A stretch of 64,000 nt of DNA, taken from positions 807,790 to 871,789 of the forward strand of contig WELB01000016.1 of assembly GCA_009602725.1 (NCBI GenBank), in the 5' to 3' direction. Within the stretch, counting starts at the first letter, position 1. Each line of letters begins with the position of its first letter. Source of the stretch: Spirogloea muscicola. Its lineage: Eukaryota. The position numbers were made by a program, and so were the translations under genes. Under the pieces are notes generated by a model, which saw only the letters and a program-made list of their open reading frames with translations, did not search any database and was not told the DNA's origin. Of the stretch, positions 23,595-35,597 are shown piece by piece.

Positions 23595-26500
23595 TTAGGG
23601 GGAGCGTACAGCCATGAGCCGCCCTTCCAACACACGCTCCACCTCCCGTGCACTGGCCACCTCGTGCTCCAGGCGCTCTACCTGATAATGGTGAGAATCC
23701 CCATCAACATGCCTCACATGCTTTGTACGATGCAGAGCAAGCTCCGACATAGATTGTCATGTGATCAGGATGGACATGAGAGCTTCCCTTGCATAGTGGG
23801 CAAGGAAGCAGCTACAAATCTAGAAGTTCTGATCCACCAACTCTGCAAAAACTTCCTCAAGCCTGACCTGGCTGAGGCCCGGGCTGAAGGTCATGTACTC
23901 ATCCTCCCGTGCAATCACATCGAGCAATTGTCTTCCTTTCTCCTGCTCATACTGCTCCTCGATAGCTGTGTTTACTGTGTCAATTCATTGTTATGCATGA
24001 TCAGTACAACATGCGTAAACGTGTAATGCAATCCAACAACGTCCTGGGCGGAGAATGACAGAGGAGCTGATAAGCAAGAAGTGCATATGAAGGTCCTGTC
24101 GCTGCTGAGAGCCCGCTGAAAATTGATCTTCAACCACCGCAAGCCGCAGAATATATATCGTTTAGCTAGCACTCCACTGTGCTCCAAAGTGACCTAAGAC
24201 CTGAACCCTACACCCTAATCCTCACCCCATAATCCTGAACCCGGAAACCCTACATCCTAAATCCCTAGTCCCTAACCGCAAACCCGTAGATCCTAAAAGT
24301 CGAAAAAACTAGCTCTATGCAGCCTCCAGAGCGCATGAGCACCTGACTGGACTAGATCCCAGTGAGATGCAGCTAGTCTGAAGGTAGCAGCTTTCACCTG
24401 CCATTGCATGCTCCGCCGTCGTGGCAGCATCTAGGACCTTATGTAGGTCGGCGCCGTCGGCGTCTTTGATGGTGGACATGGCCATGAGGCCAATGCTCGC
24501 AATGCGGTCCCGAAGGCCATCCGCAACGGCCATGTCGGCAGCCATCTGGAATGCCCGCGCCGCTGCTCGGGCCGCGGCAGCAGGCAATGCGAAACCTGCA
24601 ACCAGGCCCCCAGATTCGCTTTTGGTACGCTTGCTCCTGCCGTCATCTTGCAGGTTTTGCAACTCCTGCAGCCAACACCATACCAGACCGTCAGAAACAA
24701 GTCGAGAAGACCTTGAAAGGCCAAGCAAGGGACATGGGGGGCAATACACTGCAGACCAGGTCGGCCTTAGGACCCTCAAACTCCGTGCACCTCTGGCTTG
24801 AACACTAGACCTTGACTCATGAACTCAGCCTTGAAGTCAGACCAAAACCATGCAGCTCTACTGCAGGTAACTGCAACCTTGCAGACAGGACCACTTGCCA
24901 GTGCATCAGCATCCATCTCTCCTGCAGGCAACCGCAAGAACCCATTTCCACAAGACCCAGTTGCTTCTATAGCAGCAAAGCGTTGTGAGAAGCCTTCTAT
25001 AAGCTTAGTAAAGAGGAGACTAAGTCAAATCAAGGGTGAGTGTCATACGTGCTCCAGGTGCTGCTTGAGCAGCGTGCCGAGGCTGAGCCCATCTCGTACG
25101 CCCTGCTCCAGGAGGAGGCCGTTCGCAGCACCCTCCTGGTTCGCCTGCTTGCTCTGCGCCGAGTTGCCTTTGTCGGTGGTCTCACCAGTCCCTCCCGGAC
25201 TCTGTTCCCCGACATGGGTCTCGCCCCTAAGACCAATCACATCTGCAGGATCCGCCAAGACCTGTGCAACATCCCTTAGTGAAGCACCGGCAATGTGCGG
25301 CACTTCATTGATGGCAGGCAACTCCTTGCCCAGGCTTGACGCCTTCACGTACTTGCCACCAGCCGTCCTGCAACCGTCCTCGTCCTGCCTTGCCTTGCTC
25401 TTCGAGCCGGGCCCTGGCGAAGTCCGGGCGCTCTGCTGGTCGCTCAATGGCAGCTCAGTGGCGTCGTCACCGGCCTTGGCCCTCTGCGAGGCCTCTGCAC
25501 TGGCAGCCCTCTCAGCCATTGCGCCCTCGTCGTCCTTGCCATACTTGCCATGACTCGCGCCGAACGTGATCAGTGCCTCCTTCCACGGACTCTGCGCTCC
25601 CCTCTTCCCAGTTGCGAGCCCATTGGCAGACCTTGGAGCATGGCCCTCTTCTCCATCCTCCTGATCTTTCAGTGATGCCTGTCCATGCCGCTCGGGCGTG
25701 CCATGGGCGTTGCTAGGCGCCTGTAAGTCGCTAATAGCTGTCATCCCCAGCCGCTCAACGTCCTCGTCGTGGACGTGATAGTCTGCACTGTGCTTCCTGT
25801 CCTTCTTGCGCGGCAATCTCTGCAGACAGAGTAAAGACGCACTTCCGGTTACCAGCTGCAGACACTTTAAACAAACAGTGGCTAGGCTGCTCAAGATGTA
25901 GCAAACAAAAAGAAACGGATGGACGGGAAATTTCTGAAAAGCGCGCACCTTGCGGTCAGTCAGCTGGCTGTGCGGGTCAGCAACGCCTGGCTGCTGCAGA
26001 ACGAGCTTCCTCTGCTCCTTGGCAGGATTGCTGGGTCCCGCCTCCACACAGGCAGTCGCGTCGATGGCGCTGCCTGCACGGCCAGCTGTCAGAGGCAGCA
26101 CCGCAGCACCCTGCAGAGCATGCAGTGGACCAGCGGCTGCGTGACTGACACCGGCAGCATCCCCCTCGCTCGCTCCTCCGTGGCTCTCTCCTGGAGGAGC
26201 AGCTCGCTCGCTCCCTCCTCTGCTGTCCTCGCCCGTTACCAGCGCCCTCTTTCCCTCCTGCGACACCGCTGCGCCCAGGCGGCCCGACATTGTAATGCCC
26301 TTTGGCGCAGACACCCTGCCGTTGTTGCTGGACGGGCTCTGCCGCACCCTTCCGGCCACCGGCAACCTCGGAGGCTGAGATCCACAGCCAGGCTGGTAGC
26401 CATGGCCGCCCTGTTGGGCCGTCGCTAACGCCGCTGCCGCCGCTGCCGCCGCCTTCTTCGCGGCCCTCGCCAGGCCGGGGTGCTTGGTGCTCCTCGCCGC

Positions 26501-29288
26501 AGACTGGAGCTCCATGGAGAGCCCTGACACGCTGCCGCCGGCTGGCGGCTGCCCGGGAGTAGAGGCTGGCCTGCCTTCAATGCTGTATCCTGACGGGTGG
26601 TGCGACTTGTACTGGGGGGTACCCTGCGGCTGCGCAAGCCGGCTCATGGTCGCGGTCGTGACCTGATCACTGCTGTGAGTGCTGGGTGGTGCGACCGGCT
26701 GAGACAGCATTGGGGTTTTCTGCATGGCAAGCCCTTGCAAGCTCATCAACAGGCCCCTCGCTCCAGCCTCAGGGGGGCTGGCTGCCACGCCGAAAACGGC
26801 GGAGGGAAGGAGGAGAGGCAACGGTTGCGCTGCGCGCGCGGCCTGCGCCTGGCTCGGCATGCCGAAACCCGGCGGCGGGTGCAAGTGTGGCGTCTGAATG
26901 CCATCGCCGCTGCCTGGCGCGCCTGCTGCCGTATGATTTCTGCTGCCATTGCCGTTGACGTCGGCGCCTGCAAAGCCAGGACCGCCATGACTCCAAGCCA
27001 ACGTGTGCCTCGGCAGCACGGGCTGCGCCTGAGGCTGGCTCTCGTTCCTGCATGCCAGAAGCCCTTCAGGCAACTGCCCCTGGCCGACCGCCATGATTGC
27101 GGGGTCGTCGAAGAAGCCGGCCTCGAAGCCGACGTCCGCGGGTGACGGGGCATTTGCTGCAGCCGCCACCGCTGGAAGAGCTTTGACGGGCTGCTGCATC
27201 GCGGCCTGCCAGTAGTGGACCCTCTGCAAATCTGACAGCAGGACAGGGATTGGAGAATTAGCGGGGCCAGCATAAGCTCCTCAAGCTGCTGCAGCCGTAG
27301 CAGCATCGCCACCGTGGCAGGGTGGAAATCAAGCAGGAGAGTAGGACTGCTTAATGCGGTTGTCAAGCTCCATTGGCTGAAGATATGAGGTTCACTTGTA
27401 CTGTATAGCTACAGTGCAACTGAAGTGCAACCAGAGTGCAACTGAATCAAGTATGAATGTCATTGCGCATATCATTTGAAGCATCTGCCAAATGCAAAAT
27501 CAGGACCAGAACCCCAACATGTGCTTGTCAAAATACCAGGAGCGTTGGTGAACGCCGGCAAAGTCGTGCCACCGGGTGTAGCATTCCCAGCTGGCAGTGT
27601 AGTCCCTTTCGACGCAGCAGGGGAGCCTGTGCCCCATCAGCAGTCCGCCCCATTAGCTGATAGCAGCAGTGGCACGACTCACAAGACCAGCTATATCAGC
27701 CAGAGCTGCAAATGATCATTGCCTCGAGTGCCACCCGACAGAATATCTAGGCCACAGTCCTTAAGGACTACCACTACTCTAGAGCTGTCAGCGATTACAA
27801 AATCTGCAGTGAATAACGAGGACGGCATGCAGCACAAGAGTGGCGCGAGAATGCCAGGACGTTGCTACTGAAAGGCTCACCCATGAGGCGGTCGTTGTCA
27901 CCCGCCGGCGTCCCTCCGCCGGACCACTGCCCAGAGCCCGTGCCGCCGGGGGCCGAGAGGAGCGCCTGGAGATCAGCTTCAGCAACCGCCACCGCAGTTG
28001 CCGCACCCTGGTTGCGCCTTAGCGAGCTCTCTTGCGGTTGCAAGGGAGACCGATCCCACTCTTTCTCGGCCTCGACTAGCCGGGCAAAGGCAAAGCGCGA
28101 CTGGCGGCCCGCGGCCGCCGGCCCTGCCACGGCAGGAGGTGGCGGAAGCCCCGCGACGGCCTCACCGACATTGCCGCCGCGCCACAGCGCACGGAGGAAC
28201 TCGGTCGGTGTGCCGCCAGGAGCCCCATCAACTTCCCACAAGTCAAAGCTGAGTGCCGCTGCAGGCGCCGCTGTCGGCAGCGGCGACATCGGCGCCCCAT
28301 GGTCATCACCACCGCTACCACTGCCACTGCGACTGCTGCCGCCGCTCTGCCGGAGGAAGGACGCCGAGACGCCGGCCTCAGCAACGTCATCGTCCAGCGA
28401 GCCGAGAAGGTTGGACGCAATCCCTCGCACTAGCTCGTTGCTCTCGAACGCAGCCGCAGCCTCGGGGTCTCCGTCACCGCCGCCGCAGCCGCCACTGCCA
28501 CTACCACCGCCACTGTCACTGGCGGGTGACATCGGCCCGCCTGCAGCAAAGTGCTCGAGAGCATCCTCATAGACACTGGTCGCTCGAGTGATGCTGCCGC
28601 CTTTGACAGACAGCGACCGCTGCGCCATCGCCCCCAGCCAAGCCGGCGGCACGTCCTCGTCGCCCGACTCTGCGTCGAGGTAGATGCTGGCCGTACGCAG
28701 CATGCCACCGCAGTAGCTGCCACCGCCACTGCGCTCCTGGCCGTTGAAAGGCGAGCTGCCCGCTTCATCACCGTCGAGGCTGCCCCCGAGCTGGAAGTCG
28801 GCGGTGGGGCCCAGGCTGGGGCTGTACCACTCGCCGGTGCTCCCGCTGCCGACGGTTGTCATCGGGCTCAGCGGCGGCGTGGTGGTGGCGGCACCGTTGC
28901 TGCTGGTACGCGACGGCCGCCTGCCGCCGGTCGGCACCGGGCTGCTCGCACCGCCACTGCCGCCAGGCGGCGGCGGGCTGGCTGGCCACCGCAGAAGCGG
29001 CTCGGGTGCCGCTGGCACACTGGGATCGCTTCTTCTGCCGCTCAGGACCGCAGAAGCTGTAATGGCCGCCAGTGGCGCAGTCGCCGGCCCGGTGCCGGCC
29101 ACGGCGGCTGCGAAGGTGGCCACCCTCGGCGTGGCCAGGGTCGCCGGCGCCGCCTCATTGCCAACGGCCCGAGGTTCTGGCACTGCTGACGGCAACTCGC
29201 CGCCTGTGCCACTCGCCGTCGACAGTGGCATCCCTGGCGGCAGGCCGTGAGCCACCACAATCTGCCGCGGCCTCGGCGTCCGCTTGTT

Positions 29289-29290
<2 letters not shown>
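23595..29290 (-). CDS. Large low-complexity protein with plant NOT4-type short motifs and a helical C-terminus; no RING/RRM visible
   Basis: Long exons 27795-29258 and 25043-27229 carry RQSRFAFAR, FFDDPAIMAVGQG and PPPGF, which I recall from plant NOT4 C-terminal regions. The last exons encode IEEQYEQEKGRQLL..|VERLEHEVASAREVERVLEGRLMAVRSP* (stop at 23595). The 5' end runs into (GGC)n and a gap. Confidence 0.6.
24193..24300 (-). repeat. Degenerate telomere-like tract in an intron
   Basis: cctaag..aaccctacaccctaatcc..aaaccctacatcctaaatccctagtccctaacc. Confidence 0.65.
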
Positions 29291-29321
<31 letters not shown>

Positions 29322-29378
29322 NNNNNNNNNNNNNNNNNNNNNNNNNNNNNNNNNNNNNNNNNNNNNNNNNNNNNNNNN

Positions 29379-29503
<125 letters not shown>

Positions 29504-29761
29504 NTCTCAGTGCAGCAATGAGATTTCAATTTATCCTTGGAAGACATTGAGATCTGCTTCGTGAATCTGCCCTGCCTACCTAGGATACAAGGCAACACCT
29601 GGCTGACGCTGCATATGCTCTGCCAACACAGCCGCATGCCTGGCCCGGCCCTTCTCAAGGCTCCAGTGAATGCCCACATTCAAACTTATTCCAGCTTGTG
29701 CACAACAAATGCTCAGCACAAGAGCGATGGACAGATCTGAGCAGATTGGGGATTTGCTCCA

Positions 29762-31286
29762 CTAGCTGGCCCTGTTCATAGCGACGTACGGCGGCACACT
29801 GATCTTTCTTGAGGAGCGCTTCTCTTGCTCTGCATCCTTCTTGTTTGGACATGCCGAATCTGCCGAAGCCCCTGCATATTTCGGAATGTCAAAAATGGCA
29901 ACTCTTAATTGTCGCACCTCTTGGCTGCGTTTGACACTCTCCACTTTCCTAATCTCCACTCCATGTCTCGCAGCTGGGCGTTTGCCCTCTCCATACACCC
30001 AGCTGAACGCCCCCATTTTAGCGGTGCAGATTCAGATTTGCTGATGGCGGCAGATACAAGACTAGCACAGGCTCTGCCTGGCAGCAAATAGAGGTCAGTA
30101 TTGCACAGTCTCCGTCCGCACCCAAGATTAGTTGGCAGCCATATCTAGGGCGCACAGGAGCAGCAGTGCAGGTTCGCCTCAGGTTCAGGATCAGCCCAGA
30201 GTGTTGAGTACCCCTTCTCACTGGGAGCGCTCCCACGGCCCACTAGGCTGAGTCAGGTGGTCACACAGGCCATCTGCTGGTTTACCATACTAGTACGCTG
30301 ACCGGATGGTTTCCCAGCGCAACTCGCTGCTTCATCATATTGCCACATCCAACACTCCTGTGGTTCAACATTTAGGGTGCTCAGAATGCAGGGCTACCAG
30401 GGGCGTAGTGGCTGTAGATGGCCAGCGTGCCTGGATATTGTGAAGCAGGGAAGCAGTATCTACTCACTAGACGGGAGCTCCTCGATGTGGGCCATGGCTG
30501 CGGATGACATGTTCGATGAGGACTGCGCTGGCAGAAGAGCTTGACAGCATAGTAAGCAGGACCAAACGACAACACGAGCTCAGTAGCTGTGATCTGAGCA
30601 GCCTGAATGAAGACAAAGTCGGAAGCGAAAAGCACACTGGCATTTGGTGCTGGCGAAGTGGCGCCAACAGAAGGCTCCAGCAGCTGCGCAAAGTTAATTC
30701 ACTGATTTTTTAGGCATTGATTGGCTCTGGCAATCATGAAACAGGTGGGTACACTACAATATTGATTTGCAATTTTTTCGATGAATGGTTGTAATTGTGT
30801 CAATCTTGAACATGTGAAGCAAAACTCCTCCAGCAAGAAGAAGGAAGGGGCAATGACGAGGGCAGTGGCTAGGACAACCAGCTCACAATGTACCTCTCCA
30901 CATGTTGTGGCATGATAGTGCCAGCAGAGGAGCTCTTTGACGTTGTACGTGAATGATCTGACTGCAAATTAAAGGTCAATGTCTGTGCAGGTGACATGAT
31001 TGTGGTTGTTTGGCGTGAGGATGTAGTCGTGCTGCCACCTGTCAGCCGGCGGATTGTAAGGACTTTCTTCCGCCAGCAAGGTGGTGGAACGCCATTTGCT
31101 ATTGTGTCGCCATTCTTTCTTCCATTCCCATCTCTTCACCTCACAAAAATGTAAATTGAAGGACCAGCAACAAGACACAACTAAAGTCGGGCAGTGGACG
31201 TCATATCGATAAGGAACCACAACCTCTGGCAATTGGGCGGAGCCCTTACCCTCTTTCCGCAGACCTCTTGCACGTCTCACTGGCAA
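29762..31286 (-). CDS. Possible multi-exon gene of unknown function
   Basis: Several short minus-strand segments bounded by AG/GT, with a probable last exon GASADSACPNKKDAEQEKRSSRKISVPPYVAMNRAS*. No recognisable domain and the exon structure is unresolved. Confidence 0.3.
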
Positions 31287-34200
31287 GGCGGCCCAGTAGG
31301 AGCCGCTCTTTCATACAGCAACTGCATTCTTTATTGTTAGCCAATTTCATTCATTTGTGTGATCGCTCCTATGTAGCCCTTCTTCGCCAAGGGCTTCGCT
31401 TCGTGTAGCCCCGACCTTTCAGATCCTTTTGGATGCTTCCAACTCAGATGGGCATGCCGGCAGCCTACTTGTCATTTTTGCGACGTCCAGTCTCAGCTTG
31501 TCTGCAGCGAGCTCAGGCTCATGCGTTGCATCAGAAAGTTTGTCGAGCCTTAGCTGGTAGCACAAGAGCTTGTCGATTGCCGTCCGGTATTCGGGTATCA
31601 CTTAGCGACCTCTATGTGCTGACTCGTGGTTACTGAGCGGGTCAGCTTAGCAGCATGTGATGTACATTTGTCAATGTGCTTTGCCTTTGTACTCGGCCAC
31701 ACAGGCCCTCCATCTCTTAATACACACTCCAATCTTTTGCCTGAGCGGTGTACGGCTCGGTTTGGCCTCACTCACATTTCATGCGCACCACGCGCCTTCT
31801 TTCTCTCTGGCTCTGGCTATTCATCAGCGTGCTGGGCGCGCTCTAAGTCAGGCCTTCCAGGAGCCCAGCTTCTCTGACCTGTGGCTGCTTAGAAGGGGTT
31901 AGTAAGTGCTTTGTAGCTGCTTTGTTTCTCTTCTTGTGCTTGTTTTTCCTTAGCGCTTCCCCTGGCCCCCTTCTCGTACTTTGTTCATCGTTTTTGGGCT
32001 GGCTTTTCCAGCTATCCTCAATGGGCCTCTCTGAGTCAGGCCACCGGCTTGCGTGTCGGCGCTCCGGCTCCCCAGGTTAGCTTGTCGGATTTGCATATGC
32101 TAACGTCTCCGTGACCTTGGCCACCTTAGCATGGGGCTTCGTTTCATGTAGCTCCATATCTGCGCTAGTCTCTGCCTGAACAATGTATTGGCTTGACTTG
32201 GCCACCCTTTCGTTTCATGCGCACCGCGCGTCTTTAAGAAGAAGTGCTCGCCCACAGAGGATAGGGGCTGAGAAAGGCCAGCCTTCTCTGTCGTTTATGC
32301 ACCCAGCTGGCGTCTACGGCCAGCTGTGTGCGCACTCGTGGGTACTGATGTCACATTGTTACCTTAGACACCTTACCAATGGGTTGCGTTTCATGTAGCC
32401 TAATGTATTGGCTTGCATCGGCCTCCCTTTCGTTTCATGCGCACCGTGCGCCTTCTCCCTTACAGCCGCTTTACGAATGTCAGCAGCCACGCTTCCGATG
32501 TTCTCCACACTCTCTTTGCATGCGCCCCGCGCTCGCCGCCCCACCCACCCACGCCGCTGCCGCCGCCGCCTCAGCCGCCGCCGCCGCCGCCGCCGCCGCC
32601 GCAGCCGACGCGGGGAACGCGGCGCGGGGCCCGGGCGCGGGACAGGGGCTTAGGGTTTTGGGCGAGGTGGACCTGCACCAGGCGGCAGAAGGACCGGCCC
32701 ATTGGGCCGCCCTCCGGATTGGGACGGCTAACTGGACTGACCGCCGCTCGCCGCCCTCGGCTAACTCGAGTACCCGCCAACATCAGGTTGTGCCAGGCAT
32801 TTGCGGACGGATTCAGGAGCACGCTTCGATGCTCCAGCTTCCGCCTAATCAAAGGATAGAGATAATGAAAAGCTTTGTAAATTGGAGGCCATGGCAGCAG
32901 GCCAGCCCAAGAGGATGGAAAATGGGTCAGCTGATTTGCAGGCCCTGGGGGGGTTAGGGTTGGGGAGCAAGCTCGTCCGGCTGCGACGGCGTCTGTGACG
33001 TGAGCTCCAACCCCGAAGCTGTCGCCAGTCGACACGTGGCAAGGCCTTGCGCACGCCGTCGATCGTAAGTATCGCACGGCTAGCTCTCGAGGGACTTCCA
33101 GTAAGTGCGAAGCACAAGCACAGTGGAACAGCTTCTCCAATTTACGGCAATAGCTGTGCGAGGCCAGCCCAAAGGAATATTCGGCGCAGGAGCAGGTTGC
33201 AGGGGCTGCCGTAGCGAGTGTGCGGTCTCACTCACATAGCTGTGTGCTTTTAGCACCTTTCGGCCCTTCGGACCTTGTACGGTTCTTCTGGGCTGGGTCC
33301 ACCCTACAGAAGAGTCCTACTTGTGCTTGTTTTCTTGGTGCTTTCCCTGGCCCCTTCTCGTCCTTTGTTCATCCTTTTTAGGGCTGGCATTTCCCATCCC
33401 TTATCCTCAATGGGCGAGCCCTTCTTCTACTTGGCGCCGCCTGCCCCAGCACCTCTTCCACATGGGGCAAGGGCTGCAGAAGTAGTACGCTCTTCGAAGG
33501 GGGAGAGCTCAGCCCGGAAAGAGCTCACCCAGTTCGAAGGGGCCGGAAAGTGCTGCGGAAGGCCAGACTACTGTAGAAGTAAGCTATTCCGGAGGGGGCG
33601 AGGGCTTTGAAAAGCCAGCCCAGAGGATGGACAAGGAGGGAAAAATCAAGGCTCCAAGGTGCGCAAGGCCACCGCAGCCATTACCCCCTGGAAATAGCTG
33701 CGTTCTTTCCACTCCCCTTGTTCTCTCTTTTTGCGAATACTGGCCGTCTGGACCTTGTCAATCCTTTCTTGGGCTGGCCTTCCACAGCCGTCGCCCAAGC
33801 TATTCTTTGCCCCTCTGCCCCTTTTAGTACCAGCTCTCCGCATTTTGGGCTAACCGTTACAGCCACCGCCACTTTAGGACCTACTTTCCTAGCAATTCAC
33901 AAATTGCTGCTAGAAATGACTGGCGACTATCCAGCTGGCACTTGCTGAAGGGTGGGTCTTTGCAATTAGCTGCTGCTCCCCTAGCTCCCCCTGGTCAGCC
34001 AAAGTATGGGTGTAAGTACTACTTGAAGTGCTGATTGCAGAAGTAATTTCAGCGGACACCCAAAGATCTGGTGGGCTGACGTGAGTCAGCACTGCCAGCC
34101 GCTTAGGCTGCAATTCCAGCCACAAGGATATGGATCAGCGAGAGGGGATGCTGAGTCTCACAGTAGTCGCAAGGAGTGAGTCATGATGACCACAACGCCT

Positions 34201-34488
34201 TGGCAAACATTCTCCTGCAGTGCCTCGTTGGCAGAGAGTCCAGATTTTCTTCCACCACATTTCTGACTTAAATAGCAGCTGTGATAGCTACTCTGCTATG
34301 CGACTGATCGATCAAATATTCATGTATTGTGTCATCTGTCGCGATGGTGACACGACTAAGTCTAGGTCGTCGAGACCTAGACTTACTCTAGGTCGTCGTC
34401 GACGTGGGCGCTAAGCTCAACCCGACTACCGGCTTGGCTGATCCGCGTCAGTGATCCAGTGAGCTGCCTCAGCTCCGGCTCCTGCGGT

Positions 34489-34640
34489 GGCCACGTGGCC
34501 CAAAACGACATACAAGCGAGCGAAGTCGAAAGCTCCCCAGCTGTTGACACGTGGACACTTGCAATGCGCGACTTGGACTTCCACGTGGGCCAAGCTTGAG
34601 GATGCCACGTAGCAGATTCACCGGGCCGGTGCACGTGCGC
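34489..34640. promoter_or_regulatory. G-box/ABRE-like cluster
   Basis: CACGTG four times (34492, 34548, 34582, 34632) plus CACGTA (34606) within ~150 bp. Confidence 0.4.
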
Positions 34641-35283
34641 GGTGGGCCCCGGCAATAGCGGCCGGCGGGGGGGGGGGGTGGCATCTCCAGCCGGGCGGCG
34701 TTGGGCGGGGGCGAGATGCCGATTTCGCGGCGGTCCCCCCCCCCTGAGAAAAGAAGCAGATTCATAGTCAGGGGGGCTGTCACGATCCACTTGGCTCATC
34801 CAAAGCGGGCGAGGTGGCTGTGAAAAGCAAGCGCGGCCAGATTAACTGGTGGCTGGGAGAGGCCAGCCCAAAGGAATGGACAAGGTCTGAAGCCAGCAAG
34901 CGCGGCCAGATTAACTGGTGGCTGGGAGAGGCCAGCCCAAAGAAGAAGTGCGCGCCCATAGAGAAGAGGAGCTGGCAAAGCCCAAAGCCAGCCCAAACAA
35001 GGATGGACAAGGTCTAAAGGAGCCGGAGTGCTAAAAGAAAAGAAAAGAAAAATGACTGAGACAGCAACAAGCGGACTCTCAGTAACCTCTTCTCTTCAGA
35101 CCTTGTCCATTCTTTTGGGCTGGCCTCTCCTAGCCACCAGTTAATCTGGCCGCGCTTGCATTTCTCTATGGGCGCGCACTTCTCTCAGTAGATGCAAGTC
35201 CGAATCCTGAAGTCTGAAGGAGCCTGAGTGCGAAGGACTGAGACAGCAGCAGGTGAAAAGGTAGCCGGAATCGAATGGACAAG

Positions 35284-35455
35284 CTGCTCCTCACTCGTAA
35301 CTACTAAGCGGTCCATCCTCCCCCGTTCTGCCATAGCCTCTTCAGGCCCCGCAGTCGCTGCTTAGCTCGTAGTCTGGCCCCTTCGAACCTTGTCAATTCT
35401 TTTCGGGCTGGCTTCTCACAGCCCTTGCCCCCATTGGGAGAGCCACTTCTTCTTC
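35284..35455 (+). mobile_element. TSD-bounded retroelement 3' fragment
   Basis: 10-bp TSD AATGGACAAG at 35274-35283 and 35456-35465. Begins with the ORF end LLLTRNY* and ends CACTTCTTCTTC. Confidence 0.85.
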
Positions 35456-35478
35456 AATGGACAAGGCCCGAATGGAGC

Positions 35479-35597
35479 ATAGCCTCTTCAGGCCCCGCAG
35501 TCGCTGCTTAGCTCGTAGTTTGGCCCCTTCGAACCTTGTCAATTCTTTTCGGGCTGGCTTCTCACAGCCCTTGCCCCCATTGGGAGAGCCACTTCTT
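35479..35597 (+). mobile_element. TSD-bounded retroelement 3' fragment
   Basis: TSD (C)GAATGGAGC at 35469-35478 and 35598-35607. Nearly identical to the 3' part of the preceding copy. Confidence 0.85.

Noticed and set aside
27862..29250. Long plus-strand ORFs overlapping the NOT4-like exon
   Set aside because: These are antisense shadows of a GC-rich coding exon.
34124..34131. Minus-strand ATATCCTT as a second U12 donor
   Set aside because: No flanking coding exons or matching branch/acceptor could be identified.
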